The position numbers and the translations under genes were made by a program. This document shows positions 1-12,728 of a stretch of DNA of 64,000 nt, one piece after another. Origin of the DNA: Macrostomum hystrix (Eukaryota; Animalia; Platyhelminthes); contig CATNEN010000011.1 of assembly GCA_950097015.1 (NCBI GenBank), positions 6,200,001-6,264,000 of the forward strand. The letters run 5' to 3'. Below the pieces are notes generated by a model. It saw only the letters and a list, made by a program, of their open reading frames with translations, ran no database searches and was not told the origin of the DNA. How positions within the stretch are numbered: position 1 is the stretch's first letter; each line of letters opens with the position of its first letter.

Positions 1-1031
1 CACGGAACTGTGAGTGTGAATGGTGTCATGGAACAGTGAGTATGAATGGTGTCATGGAACAGTGAGTATGAATGGTGTCACGTAACTGTGAGTGTGAATG
101 GAGTCACGGAACTGTGAGCGATAATGGAGTCACGGAACTGTGAGCGTGAATGGTGTCACGGAACTGTGAGCGTGAATGGTGTCACGGAACAGTGAGCGTG
201 AATGGTGTCACGGAACAGTGAGCGTGAATGGTGTCACGGAACAGTGAGCGTGAATGGAGTCACGGAACAGTGAGCGTGAATGGTGTCACGGAACAGTGAG
301 CGTGAATGGTGTCACGGAACTGTGAGCGTGAATGGAGTCACGGAACTGTGAGCGTGAATGGAGTCACGGAACTGTGAGCGTGAATGGTGTCACGGAACAG
401 TGAGCGTGAATGGTGTCACGGAACAGTGAGCGTGAATGGTGTCACGGAACTGTGAGCGTGAATGGTATCACGGAACAGTGAGCGTGAATGGTGTCACGGA
501 ACAGTGAGCGTGAATGGTGTCACGGAACTGTGAGCGTGAATGGAGTCACGGAACTGTGAGCGTGAATGGTGTCACGGAACAGTGAGCGTGAATGGTGTCA
601 CGGAACTGTGAGCGTGAATGGTGTCACGGAACTGTGAGCGAGAATGGAGTCACGGAACTGTGAGTGTGAATGGTGTCATGGAACAGTGAGTATGAATGGT
701 GTCATGGAACTGTGAGTGTGAATGGAGTCACGGAACTGTGAGCGATAATGGAGTCACGGAACTGTGAGCGATAATGGAGTCACGGAACTGTGAGCGATAA
801 TGGAGTCACGGAACTGTGAGCGTGAATGGTGTCACGGAACAGTGAGCGATAATGGAGTCACGGAACTGTGAGCGATAATGGAGTCACGGAACTGTGAGCG
901 ATAATGGAGTCACCGAACTGTAAGTGTGAATGGAGTCACGGAACTGTGAGTGTGAATGGAGTCACGGAACTGAGCGTGAATGGAGTTATGGAACTGTGAG
1001 CGTGAATGGAGTCACGGAACTGTGAGTGTGA
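1..1031. repeat. 26-bp minisatellite (CACGGAACTGTGAGCGTGAATGGTGT), intronic, continues off the left edge
   Basis: About 39 near-identical 26-bp units, downstream of the ankyrin exon donor at 1116. Confidence 0.97.
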
Positions 1032-1116
1032 AACGTTATATAATTATCCCGTTAAATTCAAACCACTTAATCCCATTCTAAAAAATCAGTTCTAGTTGCT
1101 AAGCAGTCAAACTCAC

Positions 1117-4100
1117 CCGTGTTTAATGTAAACAGACGGATTGGCTCCGAACTGGATGAGCAGTCGGACCAGCTCCAAGTCGGCCTTGATGATGCTGAGG
1201 TGTAGCGGAGTGACGCCGTCTCTGTTGGCCAAGTTGGGATTGGCGCTGCGCTCGAGAAGCAGGCGAACGCAAGCCGGCTGAGCGAAATGGCAGGCCCAGT
1301 GCAGCAAGCTGTTCTGCTGACTGTCTGTGCGGTCCAGACTGTTCACCGAGATGCCGATTTGGAGCATGCGGGACAGGCCTTCGGTGCTGCGGGCGAGAGC
1401 GGGTGGAGCGTCACTGACTACCGACATTCAGGTGAAACATTACCGACATCCAGGTGAAACTTTACCGACATCCAGGTGGAACATTCCCGACATTCAGGTG
1501 GAACATTACCGGCATCCAGGTGAAACATTACCGGCATTCAGGTGGAACATTCCCGACATCCAGGTGGAACATTCCCGACATTCAGGTGGAACATTACCGA
1601 CATTCAGGTGGAACATTACCGACATTCAGGTGGAACATTACCGACATTCAGGCGGAACATTACCGACATTCTGGTGAAAAATTACCGACATTCAGGTGAA
1701 AAATTACCGACATTTAGGTGAAACATTACCGACATCCAGGTGGAACATTACCGACATTCAGGTGAAACATTCCCGACATTCAGGTGAAACATTACCGACA
1801 TCCAAGTGAAACATTACGGATATTCAGGTGAAACATTACCGACTTCCACGTGAAACATTACCGACATCCACGTGAAACATTACCGACATTCAGGTGAAAA
1901 ATTACCGACATTTAGGTGAAACATTACCGACATCCAGGTGAAACATTACCGGCATTCAGGTGAAACATTACCGGCATTCAGGTGAAACATTACGGATATT
2001 CAGGTGAAACATTACCGACATTCAGGTGAAACATTCCCGACATTCAGGTGAAACATTACCGACATCCACGTGAAACATTACGGACATTCAGGTGAAAAAT
2101 TCTTTACATTGGCAAGACATATTATCGGTACCATGTGAAACATAATGGACGTTTAGAGTTTAGCCAATCCAAATTAGCATAATAAGAATGATTAAGTTTA
2201 ACCAGCATCTTATTAACCCATAGGTGCTAAGAACGCCAACATACACGCGGATTCATAACACTAAAGCGGAAGATAATAAATCACTGCAAATCAGCGTATT
2301 ATATACCTAATATATACTCGTAATTTATTAGTACACAAACCAACGATTAGCAAAAGTGCATGTGCATGTAGGCGGTATTTTCATCACTGTAATCGGGTCT
2401 GAGAAGGCTTAGCTAGCAACAAAGTCCCGGCTAAGTACGTGGGAAAATATAATCGCCTTTCTCATTGGTACAAAAACATGTTTGAAAAGCAGCCCATACA
2501 CTTATCAAGTGAGAGTGGACTCACTTAGCCTGAGATATGAGCTGTATGCAGTGCTGCAGAAATACTGCCACAATGTCCGGATGAAAGTTAGACTCAGCTA
2601 GAGCAGTCTTTTGGGCGTCGTTTAATAGCCGAGGATCGACGCCTGAGTTGAGCAGGATTCGAATACCGTCCAGCATTTTGCGCTGCGAATTGAGGCGAAT
2701 AATTGAATAATTGCTGGTTAGGTAGACAGATACTATAGAAACTTATGGCAAGGTGACAATTGTATTGATAGGAGAGTGACCTGGATATTTATTGGAGTGA
2801 CCTGGATATTTATTGGAGTGACCTGGATATTGATTGGAGTGACCTGGATATTTATTGGAGTGACCTGGATATTTATTGGAGTGACCTGGATATTTATTGG
2901 AGTGACCTGGATATTTATTGGAGTGACCTGGATATTTATTGGAGTGACCTGGATATTTATTGGAGTGACCTGGATATTTATTGGAGTGACCTGGATATTT
3001 ATTGGAGTGACCTGGATATTTATTGGAGTGACCTAGATATTGAGGAAAGAGTGACCTAATATTGAGGAAAGAGTGACCTAATATTGAGGAAAGAGTGACC
3101 TAATATTGAGGAAAGAGTGACCTAATACTGAGGAAAGAGTGACCTAGAGATAAAGGAAAGAGTGACCTAATATTGAGGAAAGAGTGACCTAGAGATAAAG
3201 GAAAGAGTGACCTAATATTGAGGAAAGAGTGACCTAGAGATTGAGTAAAGAGTGACCTAGAGATTGAGTAAAGAGTGACCTAGAGATTAAGGAAAGAGTG
3301 ACCTAGAGATTAAGGAAAGAGTGACCTAGAGATTGAGGAAAGAGTGACCTAGAGATTGAGTAAAGAGTGACCTAGAGATTAAGGAAAGAGTGACCTAGAG
3401 ATTAAGGAAAGAGTGACCTAGAGATTGAGTAGAGTGACCTAGATATAAAGACTTAAATATAATTGAGAAATTTACTAAGATGAGAATAAGGTAATACATA
3501 TCCATTGATATAAATCGAAATATAATTTTACCAACCACAAGTTCAGCCAAAAAATCTAAATCACAAACGCGAATACTGCGAAATTGGCTTTAGGACAAGC
3601 CGAACCTATTCTCAACAAATTAACCCAACTTTGATCCTTCTTGTTCAATCCAAACATTAGGAATAATTAGCCTAGAAAAACTACACACAACGCAATAAGT
3701 GGCGCCAATTCAAGTGCGCACACCGAAGACTGAATTAAACAACACCAGCTACAATTGCTTTTCTCACCTGGCAGGCAATGTGAAGAAGCGAGCCCTCGTT
3801 AGTGGCAAACTGCATCAGTTTGCGCAGCTTGTCCTTGTCGGTGCTTTCCACTGGAAAATTAATTCGAATAAATATTCATTACTTTCGCAAGTATTCCACA
3901 TTTGGCATTTCCATGCTGACTCCGTGTCTCACTGTCGCACCCCAGTGTCTCACTGTCGCACCCCAGTGTCTCACCCCAGTGTCTCACTGTCGCACCCAAG
4001 TGTCTCACTGTCGCACCCGTGTCTCACTGTCGCAGCCCAGTGTCTCACTGTCGCACCCCAGTGTCTCACCCCAGTGTCTCACTGTCGCACCCAAGTGTCT

Positions 4101-4998
4101 CACTGTCGCACCCGTGTCTCACTGTCGCAGCCCAGTGTCTCACTGTCGCACCCCAGTGTCTCACCCCAGTGTCTCACTGTCGCACCCAAGTGTCTCACTG
4201 TCGCACCCCAGTGTCTCACCCTCAGTGTCTGTCTCATCCTCAGTGTCTCACTGTCTCATCCTCAATATCTCACTGTCTCATACTCAGTATCTCACTGTCT
4301 CATTCTCAGTGTCTCACTGTCTCATCCTCAGTGTCTCACTGTCTCATCCTCAGTGTCTCAGTGTCTCACTGTCTCATCCTCAGTGTCTCACTGTCTCATC
4401 CTTAGTGTCTCACTGTCTCATTCTCAGTGTCTCACTGTCTCATCCTCAGTGTCTCACTGTCTCATCCTCAGTGTTTCACTGTCTCATCCTCAGTGTTTCA
4501 CTGTCTCATCCTCAGTATCTCACTGTCTCATCCTCAGTGTCTCACTGTCTCATCCTCAGTGTCTCACTGTCTCATCCTCAGTGTCTCACTGTCTCATCCT
4601 CAGTGTCTCACTGTCTCATCCTCAGTGTCTCACTGTCTCATCCTCAGTGTCTCACTGTCTCATCCTCAGTATCTCAAGTCTCATCCTCAGTATTTCAAGT
4701 CTCATCCTCAGTATCTCAAGTCTCATCCTCAGTATTTCAAGTCTCATCCTCAGTATCTCAAGTCTCATCCTCAGTGTCTCACTGTCTCATCCTCAGTATC
4801 TCAAGTCTCATCCTCAGTATCTAACTGTCTCATCCTCAGTGTCTCACTGTCTCATCCTCAGTGTCTCACTGTCTCATCCTCAGTATCTCACTAACTGATG
4901 AAAGCCAGTATATTTAAAAAGCATTTGATTACGCTCTCACCAGCAGAGATCATTGCTCTCAGAATATCTGATCGGCATTCCACAATGCATTGCTTGAG
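1117..4998 (-). CDS. Ankyrin-repeat protein, partial; exons 4998-4941, 3850-3768, 2682-2525, 1413-1117
   Basis: All four exons have AG acceptors and GTGAG donors with matching phases (1, 0, 2). The joined reading includes GSLLHIACQRKMLDGIRILLNSGVDPRLLN and NSLLHWACHFAQPACVRLLLERSANPNLANRDGVTPLHLS (ankyrin consensus). The start is not found; 6029-5983 is a tentative upstream exon. The 3' end is off-window. Confidence 0.85.
1419..2100. repeat. 22-bp minisatellite (TACCGACATTCAGGTGAAACAT), intronic
   Basis: About 31 units, starting a few bases from the acceptor at 1414. Confidence 0.97.
2776..3445. repeat. Compound minisatellite: 21-bp GTGACCTGGATATTTATTGGA switching to 23-bp GTGACCTAGAGATTGAGGAAAGA
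   Basis: The unit switches near 3030 and the GAGTGACCT core is shared. Confidence 0.95.
3915..4890. repeat. Compound ~21-22-bp minisatellite (GTCTCACTGTCGCACCCCA to GTCTCACTGTCTCATCCTCA)
   Basis: Tandem units containing a CACTG..CAGTG inverted pair. It fills most of the 1090-nt intron. Confidence 0.95.
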
Positions 4999-5236
4999 CT
5001 GAATAAACAGCGACTCAACTGAACCGGTGTCCATTCTTTTAGTTTTAGGACCGATTGAAGGCTGTTAATTAGTTTAAAAAATTGTCTGACTACACAACGA
5101 CTAGTCAATAATTGTACGATTGCCGGTCAACTGAAAGTAAAAAAAATTAATAAATATGATAGCTACAACACAATAGAACATAACTCAATACAACTAAGCA
5201 TAAGGCTGTGTAGAGTGTAACAATCAATCATTAAAA

Positions 5237-5543
5237 GAGGGATGCGGGCAATGGCACATCATTTGGTGACACTAGACCTGCAGCCAGCGAGGAGGCAATT
5301 CTGCCCATTTCGCTGACTCCTGAGCACACACGCACACAGATATTGTACGTAGGCACACGCTCACACAGGTGTGTACATCTGCCCTGACTTTCTCATAGTC
5401 AGGCAGTGTACACTCTCATTGTGCCCCCAAGCCCTCTCTCCGCGGCTGCGTTCCAAATGAATGTGGCTTCGCCGCGGAATCGAGCTCAGGGACCTCGGTG
5501 CGAGAGGCAGACGAGTTAGACTGGTCTGCCACTCACCCGGCCC
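5237..5543 (-). mobile_element. tRNA-derived SINE family 1 copy, internally deleted
   Basis: Reverse complement of the element at 21225-21590, with the A/B-box head at the right end and the GCCATTGCCCGCA tail at the left end. Confidence 0.85.
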
Positions 5544-6399
5544 TAACCAATGTTACAAGCTCATTGAGTAGTAATTTTCTAGCTTATCTCAGCTGTTCAA
5601 TACACAAAATGATTGAAGCAAACAACAACAATTTTCAAATTGTTGCTTTATTAGAATGGAATAAAATGAGCATATGATGAGCAGCAATAAGTAAATATCA
5701 AAACAGAGCATTAGTAGAGCTAACTAACACTAACACAATACAAGCACGGTACGTGCTAGTTATTATTTTTTATAGAAACACGTGTTTTTGTATTTTACTA
5801 CTGCAATATCGAATTGAAGGTATTAAAAAAACAGTGCACGATATCTGAATAACAATATTATATTAGCTAATAAAGGTTTGAATTTAATTAGCGAGACATT
5901 GTAAACATTATATGCTGATAATTAATTAGATTCGTGCAGCTTATTAAAATAACTTTCATAGCACTATCATTAATATTTGTACCAAAATTCCTGGTGCAAT
6001 TTCTATATTCTCACTGTCATAGATACGAGCTATTATTAATTACAATGCAGAGGTACATTATAGAACCTTATTAGAAACAACTAATTAGAAGTACTAATTA
6101 GAAACAGGCAGGTGAAAATAGAAGAGAATTAACAACAGCTGACTCTGGTCTGCAGTTTCTGGTCTGGTTTAGTCAACAAGCGTTTTAAAGTTAATGAAGT
6201 GGAATAGACTATTTCTAATATAAAACAAAGGCTAAAATTAATTTTACCGCAAATGAAGACTTTATGTTCAATTGGAAACATTTTTTCAAACGACTGTTCT
6301 TATTATGAACTATGTGCAAATAATCATGACGCATTAAGGCGTGTCTGCTAATTTAAATGTCGGTCAAGTTTAATAATCAAGTTGGAAATTAACTAAAGG

Positions 6400-7020
6400 C
6401 TGCCGATCGATAATTATAAGTAACTAAAGACCGTCGGTCGATAACAGATCGATAACTATAACTATCTAAAGGCCGCCGATCGATAACAGATCGATAACTA
6501 TAACTAAATAAAGGCCGCCGATCGATAACAGATCGATAACTATAACTAAATAAAGGCCGCCGATCGATAACAGATCGATAACTAAAACAGACTAAAAGCT
6601 GCCGATCGATAACAGATCGATAAGTATATGTAACTAAAGACCGTCGGTCGATAACAGATCGACAACTATAATTAACTAAAGGCCGCCGATCGATATCTAA
6701 AACTGACTAAAAGCTGTCATCGATAACAGATCGATAACTAAAACTGACTAAAAGCTGCCGATCGATAACAGATCGATAAGTATAAGTAACTAAAGACCGT
6801 CGGTCGATAACAGATCGACAACTATAATTAACTAAAGGCCGCCGATCGATATCTAAAACTGACTAAAAGCTGTCATCGATAACAGATCAATAATTATAAC
6901 TAACTAAAGGCCGCCGATCGATAACAGATCGATAACTAAAACTGACTAAAAGCTGTCGATCGATAATAGATTCGATAACTATAATTAACTAAAGGCCACC
7001 CATTGATAACTGCAACCCGA
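6400..7020. repeat. ~42-bp degenerate minisatellite rich in CGATCGAT/ATCGAT
   Basis: Repeated GGCCGCCGATCGATAACAGATCGATAACTATAACTAA-like units. Confidence 0.9.
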
Positions 7021-7453
7021 CGATTAATAATGAACAGACCGATAAACAAAAGACAATTAGATGATAGATAAGCAATACTCGATCATCGAAAAGTTACAAC
7101 AAATAAAAAGCAACCGTTAAAAATCATTGTTAGAAGTTATTTTCGATTAGCTCAAAACAGAAAATAATATTTATAAAAAATCGAATGCTTTAAGTTCAGA
7201 AAAACACACGCAAAATATGAATGAATAAGTACTTATAGACGTTGTAGTTTACAGACAAGCAAGCGGCGACAAAGATCGCAGTTTTAATTTTACTGAGTAC
7301 GGAGATACACCCGAAATAGTAGTAGTAAAAACTAAAATTATTAATCGTTTAAAGTCATTTTTACCATAAAAAAAAATAAAAAAGCTGCTGTCGCATTTTC
7401 GCTAGAGAAAAACAAACAAAACTTGCCCAATTTTCTACGTAAATGTTAGCCCA

Positions 7454-9420
7454 TCAATGTACGCCGGCCCCATTGTTGCCAATGCCACCGGTGCCGCTCT
7501 CGCCTAGCAACAGCCGGGAGTCGTCCATCAGGCTGGGCTGCGGTCTCTTAGCAACCAATGCGCGAGGCAGCTTGTCGTGGTACAACTGATAGACGTCACG
7601 GTCGGCCGGACAGCTACAGCGGAAGGCCTCACATTCGTACATGGCCGAATAATAGGCTTGCAGATGCTGCAGCTCTGATGGCACATCGAAGTCGCGATAG
7701 AACTGAAATGTATCGGCGATGTGAACAATTGAATCACCCCTGTCTCATCTCTCCCATCTCACCCCACCTCTGTCTCATCTCTCCCATGTCACCCCACCTC
7801 TGTCTCATCTCTCCCATGTCACCCCACCTCTGTCTCATCTCTCCCATGTCACCCCACCTCTGTCTCATCTCTCCCATGTCACCCCACCCCTGTCTTATCT
7901 CTCCCATCTCACCTCACCCCTGTCTCATCTCTCCCATGTCACCCCACCCCTGTCTCATCTCTCCCATCTCACCTCACCCCTGTCTCATCTCTCCCATCTC
8001 ACCTCACCCCTATCTCATCTCTCCGATCTCACCTCACCCCTGTCTCATCTCTCCCATGTCACCCCACCCCTGTCTCATCTCTCCCATCTCACCTCACCCC
8101 TGTCTCATCTCTCCCATCTCACCTCACCCCTGTCTCATCTCTCCCATCTCACCTCACCCCTGTCTCATCTCTCCCATCTCACCCCACCCCTGTCTCATCT
8201 CTCCCATGTCACCCCACCCCTGTCTCATCTGTCCGATCTCACTTCACACCTGTCTTACCTCTCCACTGTTACATCTCACCCCTGATTCATGTCTTCCCTG
8301 CCTTATCTTCTGTCCTATCTCTCCTCTGTATAAATCTCTGCCGTGTCTTACATCTTCCATGTCACATCTCTCCCTTGTCTCATCTCTATCCCGTCTCATC
8401 CCTTTCATAACTGATTTTACAGTCAATGCCGGCCCGCATTCATTTTGGAATCTGTCTTTAGCCCGTTGGAGCTAAATAGTCTGAAATTAAAAAAAAAGTT
8501 TAAACCCTGGCAGACAAACAGAATTCTACCTTAGCGGCCATTTTCAGATGATGCAGTTTTGGCATGAGTTGGCAATCCGCGTAGGTGAGCTCATCTGAGA
8601 GCAGGTAACGGCAACCGCGCGAGCCTAGAAAGGCGTCAATTTTGCGCAGGTCGTTCAACAATGGCGCAGCATTCTCAGTCTTGAGCATGAGGTTGAGGTT
8701 CTTGTACAGATCGTAGAAGGCCTTCTCGGCCTCGCCTTCGTCCGCCGATTCTCTGGGCAGGGCCAGGCACGGACACTTCCAGATGTCCATCAGCTGTTCG
8801 ATTTCGTCGTTAGTGTCGAAGATGGTGTTGGACAAGTCGCTGCCGCGCGGATCGGCGCCCTTGATGACGCGAGCCACTGGCAGGTGACGACCAACTCCAA
8901 GCGATTGGTAGGCCTCGGGCGGCATGTCCGGATTCACAGTGGTGACAAACAGATTCAGATATTTCTTCTCGGCTAGAACGTAGAACACCATGAACCATTG
9001 CTGACTGATCGGACAGGGACCTTTGTCCTCCTTGCAGATTGGGGAGGCCTGAATAGGCGGAGGGGAAATATTTAATGGTTTGTTGCAAAGACGGTAAATT
9101 CATCTGTAGGGTACGTAGTTTGAATGTCATTGTAAAAAAATGATGAAAGTCATGAAAATAGTTTTTCATTGCAGTCCCTTAACTATTGAATTAAGTCTAT
9201 GCTTTACAATTCTTTATTCTCCAATTTTTTCTTAATCATTAAACTCTTTAAAACTGAAAACTGAAGTACTGACACTTAATAAACTAAAAAGCAAAAATAA
9301 AAACTTTTGAATGATTAATCTGTGCATTCAATATTCATATTCATTCCTTACCTTAATGAAGAGTTCCACAACAGGCTTTCCATCTTCAACATCATTTTCG
9401 AATCCATTTGTGTCTGCCAT
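7454..9420 (-). CDS. CLIC: Chloride intracellular channel (CLIC/EXC-4 family, GST fold), 278 aa; exons 9420-9352, 9048-8530, 7702-7454
   Basis: Phase-0 GT-AG introns. It reads VELFIK|ASPICKEDKGPCPISQQWFM, LTYADCQLMPKLHHLKMAAK|FYRDFDVPSEL and AFRCSCPADRDV, all characteristic CLIC motifs. Confidence 0.93.
7735..8470. repeat. 30-bp minisatellite (CCCTGTCTCATCTCTCCCATCTCACCTCAC) within a degenerate hAT-MITE remnant, CLIC intron 2
   Basis: About 17 units at 7735-8240. The right flank (TACAGTCAAT..CCCGC..TCTTTAGCCCG) resembles the reverse complement of the MITE at 29201-29551. Confidence 0.85.
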
Positions 9421-10519
9421 AATTTAAACTTGCAGCTTTATATTACTGATAATATAGGATCTGAAATTTAGTCAATAGTAAAATAAATACAGAGAATCAA
9501 AATAGTGGTATGAGTTCTGGCACCCATTTTACACATAGTTTTCAAGGAGAAGGCTGTGCAACTGCTGCAGCAACATCTTTCTAAACTAGTATCTATATTT
9601 TAGCATATTTTGGTTAATCTGTCAATAATTATCTTAACTGTAGTTTTAAATATGAGTTCTTTATTTAGTTTAGGCAAGCTACTATTGCAGTCTACATTTT
9701 AGTGGAGCTTACAGTACAAGGAAGTAGGAAGAAGTCCCTAACACAGAATAAGACAATAGGCGATTTTTAACAACAAATACAAAAAATAATTAAGTGAATT
9801 GTTAATATGCCTCTTGAATTTTTTCCTTGCAACATTGACTATTACAATTATTTAGATAAAAAACAACACTACAGAGTGATATAATACTCATTTGTTTAGT
9901 AAACTTGACATTTACCTCAATACAAAGAAGAAAATATACAAAAAGTAAAATTGAATAAAACTATTATCTGGATTGTTGGTCAAAAATAGAAGGGAAAATA
10001 TAGATTTAGATAAAAACTAGGACACCTGTTCAGACTTTAGAAAAAAATAATTCTTAATTTTCATAGTCTTTAGAATTTAGACTTCTTACAAAATTATTGA
10101 TATATTTTATTACTGTTCTGACAAATTTATTACAAAATGTAAGAGGTGTGAACACACTTCACACTCTAAATTGTCAAACAGAGGTGTCAAAACTGATTTC
10201 ATTGTAAGAGTTGCCAACACAATGTGATGAGGTGGGGAGGGTTGGTTCTGTTCTAACTTTGAAAACTTTTGTTTTATAGATGACAAAGTGTCCACAAGTC
10301 TAAGTCTCTTTGTCATCCACCCTCTGAGATATTGGACAGATTGTCATCTGGATGACAAAGTTGTAAGATGACAAAGTGTCCAGGTACCTTTTTAAGAGGC
10401 TTATTACATGTTACATCCACATCAGTGGGGCTTGTCCCTTATCTAGCAATGAATAAGCATTTAGGATATATTAGGCCCCTATTAAATAATTTTTTGTGAA
10501 AGGACAATGTTTAAAAAAA

Positions 10520-11185
10520 GGCAGAGCTTATTCCCACGGTCCCGTGCCGATAATTTTAATTTTATCCACACGGATCCGTGCCGATAATTTTCTGCTTATC
10601 CACATGGCAGCTTCTATGAATAGGTCTACAACTCTTTATATATGCGATGCCGTTAATTTCAATTTTATCCTCACGGTTCTGTTTTTTGAAACAAAGCCCT
10701 TTCGGGTTTGAACGTGAACCCTTGAGCCAATAGATCGACAAAGTTGCCAGTGTGTTACGACTGTGTTCTACATTTCGACCTACACATTCATTAACCAACA
10801 TTAATGTCATCCTTTTTAATTATTGTAATAACAACTTACTAAATCTTTTGTCATCGTTACATGTTTTCATTCAAATTGTATTGACTTAAAAAGTAAGAAG
10901 TCTATCAAAGAAAATCATACGAGTCAACCAGCAGAATTCTAGTCAGCACCAAACTCGTCACACATTATCACACATCACTGTTATTATTTTACACTACGCA
11001 TTGATAGTGTACACTATACACTATACCCTGAAGCAAAAGCCTTATGCTCAGAGAATAATAGGTAGGGACTTAAAAGTAGACATATTCATACAAGCTGCCG
11101 TGTGGATAAGCAGAAAATTATCGGCATGGATCCATGTGGATAAAATTAAAATTATTGGCACGGGACCGTGGGAATAAGCACTTCC
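10520..11185. mobile_element. MITE/non-autonomous DNA transposon with ~85-bp terminal inverted repeats
   Basis: 10527-10613 and 11092-11179 are near-perfect inverted repeats containing an internal GTGCCGATAATTTT direct repeat. The ends are GG..CC and the flanks are TTAAAAAAA / TTTAAAAAA (possible imperfect 9-bp TSD). Confidence 0.75.
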
Positions 11186-12728
11186 TTTAAAAAATAGTAT
11201 TTTCTTGTTTCCTTGGGACATTGGATGCCTTGTGCCTATTTCAGAACTACATCCATGAATTAATGAGGTGCTGAATGATTGATTGGGAATGACAATCAGG
11301 CCTTTAGTAACATACTTTAGGCCTACTCAAGAATTTAACAGTAATTTAATAGTGTAATATTTTGTAATTATTAAAGCTAATTCACGAACTGACCAATTTT
11401 TAAGAAATTTAACAAGCTTCTTAAAAAGTAAAAACGGTTTCAACCCTCAGTCACAAACGATCAATAATCAGTTTGTAAATAGACAAAATGATGAAGGCAA
11501 TAGGCATAGCCATGACAATATGGCAATAAAAATAAATGTAGCATTGTAGCTGGCATAAGGCTTAGTTGACTTTTGTGAGGTTCATACTGATTTATTCGTA
11601 TTTTTTTTTAAATAGTCAAAAGAAAATACATTTTCTTTGAGCTCGTCAACTTCGCACCACTCTGTCGATTCATTTAGGTCGAATACATGTCGGGTGTAGC
11701 AGCAACAACTGGGTTTCGTGGATTTATGCAAATTCTGATCAGTAATTTTTGATGAATGTTTAAAATTTGAATTTTTTAATTAACTTTATCTAAAGAGTAA
11801 AACAAAGGTATAAATGTAACACATTTTTAATGCAGGCAATTTTTTTAATTAACGTCTTAAATTCTTGCAAATGAATATATTCACTATTGAGTCTTATAGC
11901 TTTACTTTATGATTTTTTACTCCTAGTGTTGATGATCAGTAACGTGCCTAGCTATCAGTCAAATATTTTCAGTAGCACAAATTAAATAGTTACACTGATT
12001 GCAAGCACATATGACTTGAAGAAACGGTTAAACAGTATTTTTAATTATAATTTTAATACCAGTGCTATTAAGTTTTAGTTGCCTAGCGATAATTGTAATA
12101 TAGGGACGCAAACAAGAACTTTAATACGTACTTTATTGGTCGTTATAACTCATTTTCACTTGTAATTACATATTTTTCATGGAAATACATATTTGGCTTC
12201 TGCTGGATGATAGACTTACCGGTTGGAGAAGCAAGCGGTGAATAAATGAGACATTAATTAAATGGTTGCGACGACATTTGTATTAGGAAAGTCTCAATTG
12301 TCACCAGCAAATTCATTATTACGAGCGTATTTTAAACATTCGGGACAAACAATTTTTCGAGTAACGTAATTCTCTTATAGAAAATATTTCAGTATTTTTT
12401 TTTATTTGAAATAAAACTTTGTATTATTTGCGCTTTGTTCTTTCAGAGTTTTGGAGTCTAAGACTGATATACCGGCAACACAGCTACTTTCTTTAAGATA
12501 TTTAGTATATTGCGATTTTCGGCAACATAATAAAGGTACACAAGTGCTAAAAGTAATATTAAAAAAATTGTAAATTAGTAAATTAGTAAAATTAGTAATT
12601 TATTAGTAAATTAACAAAAGTAATGTTGTTAACTTTCATTGAACTTTATTTTTATTGCATTCTGAGAGTACTTAATAAGTGAGTGTGTTAATTATATCAT
12701 ATATAATTAACAGACAATATAAACATCA

